From Candidatus Woesearchaeota archaeon (GTDB lineage: Archaea > Nanobdellota > Nanobdellia > SCGC-AAA011-G17 > PNOQ01): a stretch of 64,000 nt of DNA. The translations under genes were made by a program, and so were the position numbers. The number at the start of each line of letters is the position of its first letter. The stretch's first letter is position 1. Positions 33,716-41,841 of the stretch are shown here, piece by piece. Where the stretch lies: the NCBI GenBank assembly GCA_018652625.1, contig JABIBT010000027.1:587-64586 (forward strand), written 5' to 3'. A model generated the notes under the pieces. It was not told the DNA's origin. It worked only from the letters and a program-made list of their open reading frames with translations, and did not search any database.

Positions 33716-34136
33716 TATGCTCCCGATTTCGGAAGTAAGGGGAGGAATTCCCTATGCTCTCCAATCTGGGATAGATTTTTCAACGGCGTTTATATTACTT
33801 ATTTTAGCTAATATTTTAGTTGTCCCGCTATTTTTCATATTTTTGGACATTTTTCATAAACATTTTTACAAAATAAAACCATACAGATACTTTTTTGATA
33901 AATGGATAACTAAAACTAGAAGAAAAATAGAACATAGAATTGGAACTAAATGGGAATTGCCCACATTATTTTTATTTACTGCAATTCCATTTCCGTTAAC
34001 GGGGGCATATTCAGCAACCCTTGCAGCATGGTTATTCAAAATTAATAGAATAAAAGCATTATTGACAATAGCATTTGGGGTGTTTGTAGCCGGTTTAATA
34101 GTTTCACTTCTTTATTTTGGCTTTCTTTTTCTTTAA
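33684..34136 (+). CDS. Small multi-TM membrane protein (putative small multidrug-export family, COG2426-like)
   Basis: LSMLPISEVRGGIPYAL motif after a first helix, and about four TM segments. Confidence 0.5.
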   Translation: MIVLIKAIILSMLPISEVRGGIPYALQSGIDFSTAFILLILANILVVPLFFIFLDIFHKHFYKIKPYRYFFDKWITKTRRKIEHRIGTKWELPTLFLFTAIPFPLTGAYSATLAAWLFKINRIKALLTIAFGVFVAGLIVSLLYFGFLFL

Positions 34137-34649
34137 AAAACTCTTTTCATAAAAGTACTTCAAATCAGAGTAATAAGGTATTTTATCAACTTTAAACTTC
34201 TTAACTAAGAATATCCAAACTATAGCAATATATATGCCAGAAACAAAGTTCCAAAGTATCAAATGAACCAAATCAAAGTAATTTGTCCCAAATTCAACAT
34301 TTAAAATTACCAATATAATAATTCTTAGAAGATTCATACCCAAAATCAATAGACATCCAAGAAGGAACATCTTCAGACCCTTTTTCCATTCCAAATCTTT
34401 CAAACCTATAACTAAAACAAAAAGTAGATAATAAGCAGCAGGGGCTACGCAAGCTTCAATAAACCTAAATCCCATATCCTCAACACCTATACTATTCCTA
34501 ATTAACACTGCATCATAAAACAAATTTAGTAAAAAATAGCTTAAATAGATGGTAATTGGGGCTAAACTCACATAAAACGCCGAATAACCAAAGGTTACAA
34601 TCAAAATAATGAGAAATCTCATAATTAATTGGTAGTAATACTTATTCAT
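34104..34649 (-). CDS. Small exosortase/archaeosortase-family membrane protein (pacearchaeosortase-like)
   Basis: Polytopic 181-aa protein. It has candidate catalytic residues in the family order: Cys (FRFIEACVAPAAYY), Arg (GMNLLRIIILV), His (DLVHLILWNFVSG). Confidence 0.5.
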   Translation of the reverse strand: MNKYYYQLIMRFLIILIVTFGYSAFYVSLAPITIYLSYFLLNLFYDAVLIRNSIGVEDMGFRFIEACVAPAAYYLLFVLVIGLKDLEWKKGLKMFLLGCLLILGMNLLRIIILVILNVEFGTNYFDLVHLILWNFVSGIYIAIVWIFLVKKFKVDKIPYYSDLKYFYEKSFLKKKKAKIKK

Positions 34650-34767
34650 GGCAATACTCTTAAAAAAGAGACTTATAAAATTAACTCTTCAAAACCCATA
34701 GAAACCTTTATAAGGGATTCACAACTCCACAAGTGTAACAAAATATCGATATTATGGGGGTTTCAGA

Positions 34768-36399
34768 ATGAACAAAAAAATATCATTTTTAGGAGTATTT
34801 TTGCTTTTAGTAGCAGTTTTTGCCAGTGCAACTGTAACCTTGGATAGCGTAACAGAAGATGTAAATCCAGGGGAAACAGTGAATGGCCAATTTACATTAA
34901 TCAATAATGATAGTACCACTTATTCAGGTGTGACTTTTGAGTTAGCTATTCCAGGTATGATTGAAGAAAATGTAGTTTTCAATCCAGAAACTATAAGCCC
35001 GTTTAATGATGGTCAAGAAGAAATAATTGAATTTAGTTTCGATGTTCCAAACCATCAAAGCGCAGATAGTTATACAGGGACCATAACAATATTTGGCGAT
35101 GCTGTAGAAATTGACACATTTGATTTCAATTTCGATGTCAATGAAAAAAGACTTTTTGATTTGAGTTCTTATGAAGAAACAATTTCAGTAGATCAAGGCG
35201 AATCAGAATCCATTGTTCTTGACATAGAAAACGAAGGAAACGTTATTTATGATTTAGTAACACTTACTTTTGATTCAGACGATCCATTCGAAGATGATGG
35301 CGGAAATCAAATTGAAGTAACATTTGACCAAAACGATTTTGTATTAAATCCGGGTCAAACAAAACAAGTTACTATAACAGTTACACCAGAAGAAGATCAA
35401 TATTTAGGTTATTTGAAAGAAGACATCAAAGTCACAGCAAAAGCTGGAGACATTGAAGATACAAAAAACTTTGAATTAACTATTGATACAACATCGGATA
35501 TAGTTGAAGTTGAATTAGACGACGACGACTTGGATGATGAATTAGAACCTGGAGAAACATTCCACTTTGAAATAGATGTAGAAAACATAGCAGACTATGA
35601 TTTGGAAGACATAGTAGTTAAAGTATGGGTTATAGATATTGACAGTGGAGATGATCTTTCTGAAAAAGCATCTAAATTTGACTTAGATCAAGGAGACGTT
35701 GATGATGTTAGATTTGAATTCCAAGTTCCATTAAGTGTTGATGAAGAAGAATTTGATATCAAAGTAAGAGTGGAAGGAGAAGATAAAGATGATTCAAGTA
35801 ACACATTTAAAGTTACAAAAATCTTCAGAAATCAGGTAGATGTAGTTAAAGATAATAGCTACGAAGTATATTTCGACGATATTGATTTGTCTTCAACCGA
35901 CTTAAGGTGCGGTTCCCAATTCATGGTCTCTTTTGATTTGATTAATATTGGGGATAACAATCTAGATGATATGTACATTAAATTATTTATTAATGAACTG
36001 AATCTAGAATACACATCAGAAACATTCGACCTAGATTATAATGACGATGACGATAGAGATAGGTCACTTCAATTTAATGTGAAGCTTCCTTCAACACTGG
36101 ATAAGGATAGTTACGAAATGAAATTTTATGCATATGATGAAGACGATGATCAATTTGACGTTGAAACATATACAATTACTGTAACTCCATGTCAAGGTAT
36201 TGAAGAATACGAAGAAGATGAAGAAGTTGTAGTAACACCTAACCAAGATAATCAGAATGTTGTATTCCTACCTACTGGATGGGCAGGTCTTGGATTAAAC
36301 CAAGATACTTGGACAACAATCTTTTGGATTTTGGGAGACATCGTCTTAGTATTAGTGGCATTATACTTCTTAGTCTTGTTATTCAAGAAAAGAAGATAA
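34768..36399 (+). CDS. Acidic cell-surface protein with CARDB/S-layer-domain-like repeats and C-terminal TM anchor
   Basis: Signal peptide. Repeated strands of the type NPGETVNGQFTLINN, DQGESESIVLDIENEGN, NPGQTKQVTITV and EPGETFHFEIDVEN. The C-terminus is ...IFWILGDIVLVLVALYFLVLLFKKRR. Confidence 0.6.
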   Translation: MNKKISFLGVFLLLVAVFASATVTLDSVTEDVNPGETVNGQFTLINNDSTTYSGVTFELAIPGMIEENVVFNPETISPFNDGQEEIIEFSFDVPNHQSADSYTGTITIFGDAVEIDTFDFNFDVNEKRLFDLSSYEETISVDQGESESIVLDIENEGNVIYDLVTLTFDSDDPFEDDGGNQIEVTFDQNDFVLNPGQTKQVTITVTPEEDQYLGYLKEDIKVTAKAGDIEDTKNFELTIDTTSDIVEVELDDDDLDDELEPGETFHFEIDVENIADYDLEDIVVKVWVIDIDSGDDLSEKASKFDLDQGDVDDVRFEFQVPLSVDEEEFDIKVRVEGEDKDDSSNTFKVTKIFRNQVDVVKDNSYEVYFDDIDLSSTDLRCGSQFMVSFDLINIGDNNLDDMYIKLFINELNLEYTSETFDLDYNDDDDRDRSLQFNVKLPSTLDKDSYEMKFYAYDEDDDQFDVETYTITVTPCQGIEEYEEDEEVVVTPNQDNQNVVFLPTGWAGLGLNQDTWTTIFWILGDIVLVLVALYFLVLLFKKRR

Positions 36400-36418
36400 T
36401 TTTTCTTTTTTCTTTTTT
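36400..36418 (+). terminator. T-rich terminator
   Basis: TTTTTCTTTTTTCTTTTTT directly after the stop at 36399. Confidence 0.45.
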
Positions 36419-36462
36419 AATTTTTGGTTAATTTTATATAATACCTTTCTAAATAATCCCAT

Positions 36463-37221
36463 ATGAGAAAAGAAGATGAAAAAGTAGTTATAGAACTTAA
36501 AGGGGTTTGCAAATACTATCGTATGGGGGATAACATTGTTAGGGCGGTAGATGGAGCTTCTCTAAAAATTAACGAGGGGGATTTTGTTGCAATTATGGGT
36601 CCTTCTGGCTCAGGTAAATCTACTATGATGAATTTAATAGGAAGCCTAGATGTTCCAACAAAAGGAAAGATATTTCTAGATGGAGAAGATATTTCAACAT
36701 TCAGCGAATCTGATTTGGCCCAATTAAGAGGGAAAAAAATAGGATTTATCTTTCAGTCATTTAACCTAATTAATAATCTTACAGCAAAAGAAAATGTTAT
36801 GATCCCCATGATATTTCAAGGACACGATTTAGAAGACAGAAATTTTAGAGCAAACAAATTAATGCAATTAGTTCAACTTACTGATAGAATGCACCATTCT
36901 CCTGGAGAACTTTCTGGAGGGCAACAACAAAGAGTTGCAATTGCAAGATCATTAGCAAATTCTCCAGAAGTTATTCTTGCAGACGAACCAACTGGAAACT
37001 TAGATACAAAAACCGGAGCAACAGTTATGGATTTCTTAGAAGACTTGAATAAAAAAGGCAAAACAATAATTATGGTAACACACGATCCAGATTTAGCAAA
37101 AGCTCACGCAGATACAGTATACTGGCTAAAGGATGGAAAAATTGAGAAAATAACAAAGAAAAAAAATGGATGGGACAAGGGGCCAAGAGGAGTATTAATC
37201 AAACCAAAGGAGAAGAAGTAG
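36463..37221 (+). CDS. ABC transporter ATP-binding protein (MacB/LolD-type)
   Basis: Walker A GPSGSGKST, signature LSGGQQQR, Walker B ILADEPTGNLD, H-loop VTHD. Confidence 0.9.
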   Translation: MRKEDEKVVIELKGVCKYYRMGDNIVRAVDGASLKINEGDFVAIMGPSGSGKSTMMNLIGSLDVPTKGKIFLDGEDISTFSESDLAQLRGKKIGFIFQSFNLINNLTAKENVMIPMIFQGHDLEDRNFRANKLMQLVQLTDRMHHSPGELSGGQQQRVAIARSLANSPEVILADEPTGNLDTKTGATVMDFLEDLNKKGKTIIMVTHDPDLAKAHADTVYWLKDGKIEKITKKKNGWDKGPRGVLIKPKEKK

Positions 37222-37222
37222 G

Positions 37223-38446
37223 ATGATATTAGATTTTTTCTCTCTTGCATTAAAAAATCTTAAACACCGAGGAATTAGATCCTGGTTAACATTACTTGGG
37301 ATATTTATTGGGGTAACAGCAGTTGTTTCTTTAATCTCATTAGGGAATGGATTACAAATGGCAGTTGCAAGCCAATTAGGAGTTAGTGCTAACGAACTAA
37401 TTACAGTTCAAGCAGGAGGGTTAAGTGCATATGGCCCACCAGGAAGTAATGTAGTAGATTCCTTAACCCAAGGAGACGTAGACGCAATAGAAAGATTAAG
37501 TAGCGTTGAAAATGCAGTTAGAAGGAATATAGACTCTGGAAGAATAGAATTTAATGATAATGTAATATTTAGATATGTGGGAAGTGTTCCAAATAACAAA
37601 GAGGATAGAGATTTAATATACGAACAATTAAACATGGAAGTTCTTCTTGGAAGATTTATCAAAGAAGGAGATTCTGGAAAAGTAGTTTTAGGATATAATT
37701 TTTATGGCAAGAAAGAAGATTGGGGTGGAAAGTCTATAACCCCGGGAAAAACTATCTCAATAAATGATAAGAATTTCCAAGTAATTGGTATAACTGATAA
37801 AGTTGGAAGCATGATGATGGATAACATTGTTATTATGAACGAAAACGATATGAAAGACCTTTATGGTTTTGAAGATAAAGCAGACATGATCATTGTAGAA
37901 CCAAAAAATAAAGAGAAACTTCAAAAAACAAAAGAAGACATTGAAAAACTCTTAAGAAATAGAAGGGGAGTTAAAGAAGGAGAAGAAGACTTTGAAGTTA
38001 GTACTCCAGAAGCAACACTATCGACAGTTAATAATATTATTGGAGGAGTTCAAATATTTATAGCAATAGTGGCATTTATCTCAGTATTTATAGGAATTAT
38101 TGGAATAGTAAATACAATGACAACATCTGTTCTAGAAAGAAAAAAAGAAATAGGGATAATGAAATCAGTGGGAGCAAAAAACAGCCACATATTTTTTCAA
38201 TTCTTTATTGAATCTAGTTTATTGGGATTAGTTGGTGGAATTGTAGGGGCAATATTTGGTACATTAATAGGATTTCTTGGAACGGTGGGCATGAATAATT
38301 TTTTAGGAACCGAGTTAACAATAAGTATAAATTTTCTTTTAATATTCTTTACTTTACTAGGAAGTTTTCTAATCGGCGGGATTGCCGGGATAATACCTGC
38401 CATGCAAGCCGCTAAACAAAATCCAGTGGAGGCTCTGAAAGGATGA
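37223..38446 (+). CDS. ABC transporter permease, FtsX/MacB type
   Basis: N-terminal TM, a large extracytoplasmic domain and a C-terminal FtsX module (ERKKEIGIMKSVGAKNSHIF...). Confidence 0.85.
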   Translation: MILDFFSLALKNLKHRGIRSWLTLLGIFIGVTAVVSLISLGNGLQMAVASQLGVSANELITVQAGGLSAYGPPGSNVVDSLTQGDVDAIERLSSVENAVRRNIDSGRIEFNDNVIFRYVGSVPNNKEDRDLIYEQLNMEVLLGRFIKEGDSGKVVLGYNFYGKKEDWGGKSITPGKTISINDKNFQVIGITDKVGSMMMDNIVIMNENDMKDLYGFEDKADMIIVEPKNKEKLQKTKEDIEKLLRNRRGVKEGEEDFEVSTPEATLSTVNNIIGGVQIFIAIVAFISVFIGIIGIVNTMTTSVLERKKEIGIMKSVGAKNSHIFFQFFIESSLLGLVGGIVGAIFGTLIGFLGTVGMNNFLGTELTISINFLLIFFTLLGSFLIGGIAGIIPAMQAAKQNPVEALKG

Positions 38447-39648
38447 TAAGTATAGAAAGTGTAAGATACTCTTTGAGGAACTTAAAACAAAACAAGGGGA
38501 GAAGTGCACTTACTATATTCTCTATATTAGTTGGAATTGCAACTATCTTTATTTTCATAAGTTTTGGATATGGTTTGTATAACTATACGAATGAACTAAC
38601 TTCGAGCTCCTCTGCAGATAAAGTAATCATAATGCCACAAACCGCAGGAGGATTTGGAGCAGTAGAGGGAGTTGTATTAAACGATACTGATGTAAAAGAA
38701 ATAAATAAAGCGGCAGGAGTTTACGAAGCAAGCGGATTATATTATGGTGCCGTGTTAGTCAAACAAAACAGTGACCAAAAATATACATTTATAATTGGGT
38801 ATGATCCAAAAAAAGATTTTGTAATTTCTTCTTTCAATATAGATGTAGAAAAAGGGAGACTACTAAAACCAGGAGATATGAAAGTAGCTGTTTTAGGATA
38901 CAATTATGTAATTTCTAATAAAATCTTCCCAAAAACATTTGATATAAATGATAATATTGAAGTAAATGGAGTAAAATTAAAAGTAGTCGGGATTATGGAA
39001 GAAATTGGAAATCCCCAGGATGATTCTCAAGTTTACATAAGCAATAATCAATTCGAAGAAATGTTTCCAGATGAAGAATCATACGGTCAAATAATTGCCA
39101 GAGTAGATATAAAAGACATAAATAAAGTAAACGAAAACATAGAGAGGGGTTTAAGAAAGTCTAGGGGCGTTGAAGAAGGAAAAGAGGATTTTTATGTTCA
39201 ATCATTTGATGAGTTAATAGAATCTTTCGCTAGTGCCATAAATATAATTGTTGGGTTTGTTATCTTGATAGCATTAATTTCTGTTTTGGTTTCAACAATA
39301 AATACTGCAAACACAATGATCACATCAGTACTTGAAAGATATAAAGAGATAGGAGTACTAAAAGCAATGGGGGCAAAAAATTCAAGCATATTTGAGATAT
39401 TCTTATTTGAAAGTGCATTCTTAGGAACAGTTGCTGGAATAATTGGTGTGGCAGTTGGATGGGGAATTTCTTATTCGGCCGGAGCAATTTTAAAGAATTT
39501 AGGGTGGGGCTTTTTGCAACCATATTTTTCAGTTTATTTATTTGTAGGACTAATATTGTTCGCAGGAATAACTGGAGCAATTTCAGGAGTTTTCCCGGCA
39601 GTGAAAGCCTCAAAAACTAATCCAGTAGATGCATTAAGAAATGAATAA
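38443..39648 (+). CDS. ABC transporter permease, FtsX/MacB type (paralog)
   Basis: Same architecture as the preceding permease (ERYKEIGVLKAMGAKNSSIF...). There is a 4-nt overlap with that gene. Confidence 0.85.
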   Translation: MISIESVRYSLRNLKQNKGRSALTIFSILVGIATIFIFISFGYGLYNYTNELTSSSSADKVIIMPQTAGGFGAVEGVVLNDTDVKEINKAAGVYEASGLYYGAVLVKQNSDQKYTFIIGYDPKKDFVISSFNIDVEKGRLLKPGDMKVAVLGYNYVISNKIFPKTFDINDNIEVNGVKLKVVGIMEEIGNPQDDSQVYISNNQFEEMFPDEESYGQIIARVDIKDINKVNENIERGLRKSRGVEEGKEDFYVQSFDELIESFASAINIIVGFVILIALISVLVSTINTANTMITSVLERYKEIGVLKAMGAKNSSIFEIFLFESAFLGTVAGIIGVAVGWGISYSAGAILKNLGWGFLQPYFSVYLFVGLILFAGITGAISGVFPAVKASKTNPVDALRNE

Positions 39649-39676
39649 CAAAAAGTTTATATAGGAAACATACAAA

Positions 39677-40576
39677 ATGATAAATATGAAAAAAAGGACA
39701 ATTATCGATGGAATTATTTTAAGTTTAATAATATTAGTTTTTGCAAGTTCTTCTTTGGGCTCTACTGGATCCGAATGTGATTTAGATGCTACACTAATAA
39801 ATCAAGATCCTTATCCTGCACTGTCCGGGGAATATATTGAAGTATTATTCCAAATAAATGGCGTAGGTAATTGTGAATCTGGAGCAATAGCAGAATTAGT
39901 TTTGGAATATCCATTTTCTTTAGACGGAGGAGATAGTACGAGAAGAATAGAATCTCCAACTTATATTGGGGGAGATCATAATTATAATTGGAATATTCTA
40001 TACAAAGTAAGGGTGGATAGAGATGCACTAGAAGGAGATTATGATTTAGAGCTTAGGTATTCAAATGGAAGAATTTTACATTCAGATTTATATACTTTCA
40101 AGAAATTTCCAATAATAATCGAAGATGGAAGAACAGACTTTGAGATACATGTGGAAAGTTATAATTTTGAAACTAGGAACTTAGTTTTAGAAATACTTAA
40201 TATAGGAAATCAAGATGTAGAAGCCTTAACTGTAGAGATACCAAAACAAGAAAATATTATTATAAAAGGCTCAAACAGAAATATTGTTGGAGACTTAGAT
40301 TCAAATGAATATACAACTGCAGATTTTGAAGCAGTTCCTTTAGATGGAGAAATAGTTATGAGATTACATTACACGGATTCAACAAATGAAAGAAGGATGT
40401 TGGGGAAAACAGTTTCTTATGACTCGACCTATTTTGTAGATTCTTTAGAAAACAAAAAACCAGAAAAAACAACTACATACATAGTTGTAGGTGTTATTAT
40501 AATTCTAGGAGTTTTCTTATTTTTAAGAAGACGTAAAAAAAAGAAGTCAAAAAAGAAAAACAAGTTTGATATTTAA
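39677..40576 (+). CDS. S-layer-domain-like (COG1361-type) surface protein with C-terminal TM anchor
   Basis: Signal peptide, then beta-rich domains (DPYPALSGEYIEVLFQING...; LVLEILNIGNQDVEALTVEI). The C-terminus is TTTYIVVGVIIILGVFLFLRRRKKKK.... The start could be the ATG at 39689. Confidence 0.55.
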   Translation: MINMKKRTIIDGIILSLIILVFASSSLGSTGSECDLDATLINQDPYPALSGEYIEVLFQINGVGNCESGAIAELVLEYPFSLDGGDSTRRIESPTYIGGDHNYNWNILYKVRVDRDALEGDYDLELRYSNGRILHSDLYTFKKFPIIIEDGRTDFEIHVESYNFETRNLVLEILNIGNQDVEALTVEIPKQENIIIKGSNRNIVGDLDSNEYTTADFEAVPLDGEIVMRLHYTDSTNERRMLGKTVSYDSTYFVDSLENKKPEKTTTYIVVGVIIILGVFLFLRRRKKKKSKKKNKFDI

Positions 40577-40611
40577 TTCTTTGTTAATTTACAGATAGTT
40601 TTTAATATAAA

Positions 40612-40683
40612 AGCGCACGCCCGGAATCGAACCGGGGATACGAGGGTTGCAGCCTCGTGCCTTAACCGCTTGGCCACGTGCGC
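40612..40683 (-). tRNA. tRNA-Cys (anticodon GCA)
   Basis: Manual cloverleaf. Acceptor GCGCACG/CGTGCGC, anticodon stem CGAGG/CCTCG with loop CTGCAAC, T-loop TTCGATT. The discriminator U73 fits Cys identity. Confidence 0.85.
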
Positions 40684-40706
40684 ACAATGAGAGTGGATTA
40701 GACATA

Positions 40707-40714
40707 TTTATAAA
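40707..40714. promoter_or_regulatory. Palindromic TATA box TTTATAAA shared by divergent tRNA-Cys and ORF 40745
   Basis: The box centre is about 27 nt from the tRNA 5' end (40683) and about 34 nt from the ATG at 40745. Confidence 0.4.
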
Positions 40715-40744
40715 AGTTTTCAACACCCAAAATTTGAATAAAAA

Positions 40745-41257
40745 ATGAAAATTTCAAGAAAACTAAGAAAAGGAATAACAATAACAGTATTGGCTTTAAT
40801 GCCTTTCATAATTAGTGATACAAATTTTCAGCAGATAAAAGAAAAAAGAAAACAAGTAGAAAATGAAAGACTAATAAGAGATTTTGACATTTCTCAATTA
40901 AACATGTCAACTAAACAAGAAAAAGACTTACAAGCAAAAGTAGAAGAAAAACTAGATGCTTATACACCCAAAACAAGTTTTAGTGTTCCATATATAAATT
41001 CAGATGTAAAAACAGAACTACACGGAATAGATAGAGGGGGGGTAACTTTGAAATATAGATTAAATGCAGATTTACCAATTCAGTTCAGATTAGGAATGGG
41101 AGCAAAAACTAAAACAGAATTCAATGGAAATTCAAGTATAGAAGAATTAAACTTTGATCTGTCTAGAAAGATGTTTGGAGCAAACACATTATACCAAGTA
41201 AATATCTCCCAAGACAATCAACCAAAGTACAGATTTTCATTAAATTTTAATTTTTAA
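40745..41257 (+). CDS. Hypothetical secreted/anchored beta-rich protein with OMP-like C-terminal signature
   Basis: N-terminal hydrophobic segment, then a C-terminal half of alternating-polarity strands. It ends ...KYRFSLNFNF with a terminal Phe. Confidence 0.45.
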   Translation: MKISRKLRKGITITVLALMPFIISDTNFQQIKEKRKQVENERLIRDFDISQLNMSTKQEKDLQAKVEEKLDAYTPKTSFSVPYINSDVKTELHGIDRGGVTLKYRLNADLPIQFRLGMGAKTKTEFNGNSSIEELNFDLSRKMFGANTLYQVNISQDNQPKYRFSLNFNF

Positions 41258-41263
41258 AAAGAG

Positions 41264-41338
41264 CGGGCCCGAAGGGATTTGAACCCTCGACCCCTAGCTT
41301 AGAAGGCTAGTGCTCTATCCAAGCTGAGCTACGGACCC
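41264..41338 (-). tRNA. tRNA-Arg (anticodon TCT)
   Basis: Manual cloverleaf. Acceptor GGGTCCG/CGGGCCC, D-arm GCTC-AGCTTGGATA-GAGC, anticodon stem CTAGC/GCTAG with loop CTTCTAA, T-loop TTCAAAT, discriminator G. Confidence 0.85.
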
Positions 41339-41391
41339 GTAATAAAAATGAGGCTATTCTTATTTTATAAACCTTACTACCTTTGAAAATA

Positions 41392-41399
41392 TTTATAAA
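41392..41399 (+). promoter_or_regulatory. TATA box (TTTATAAA), leaderless spacing to the ATG at 41422
   Basis: The box centre is about 26 nt upstream of the ATG. The box lies inside the longer tracked ORF, which argues for the 41422 start. Confidence 0.45.
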
Positions 41400-41421
41400 G
41401 TTTAGTTTAACACTTAGATAT

Positions 41422-41802
41422 ATGGCCCTTTCATTAGAAGAAAAAATAACGAAAAGATTATCTAGGTCTATTTTAGGATTAACTCTTTCTGAATTAGCTA
41501 GTTCTATTCGAGAGGATCAGGAGAATGTTATTAAGAAAGTAGATGAGATGAGTGTAGAAGGTAGAGCTTGCGTAGTAAAACCCGGGGGAGATGAAGTTTA
41601 CTTAGTAAGGGGCGGAGAAGATATAGAAGTAATATGGCAAGAATTCATAGGGGGGCCAAGTATGGGGAAATTGGGAACTCCAGAAGGGGCAGTAATCGGA
41701 TTTTACAAAAAAGTGGAGGAAGCTTTTGGCCACTATCCTAAAGGGAGATCAATAATAGGTTATCATATAAGATTAAAAAATCCCCAAAGGAAATATAAAT
41801 AA
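41422..41802 (+). CDS. Hypothetical protein with N-terminal winged-helix-like segment
   Basis: MALSLEEKITKRLSRSILGLTLSELASSIREDQENVIKKVDEM... No family recognised. Confidence 0.4.
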   Translation: MALSLEEKITKRLSRSILGLTLSELASSIREDQENVIKKVDEMSVEGRACVVKPGGDEVYLVRGGEDIEVIWQEFIGGPSMGKLGTPEGAVIGFYKKVEEAFGHYPKGRSIIGYHIRLKNPQRKYK

Positions 41803-41841
41803 ATCCAAAAATATTTAAACTTTATATTTTAACAAATTCTT

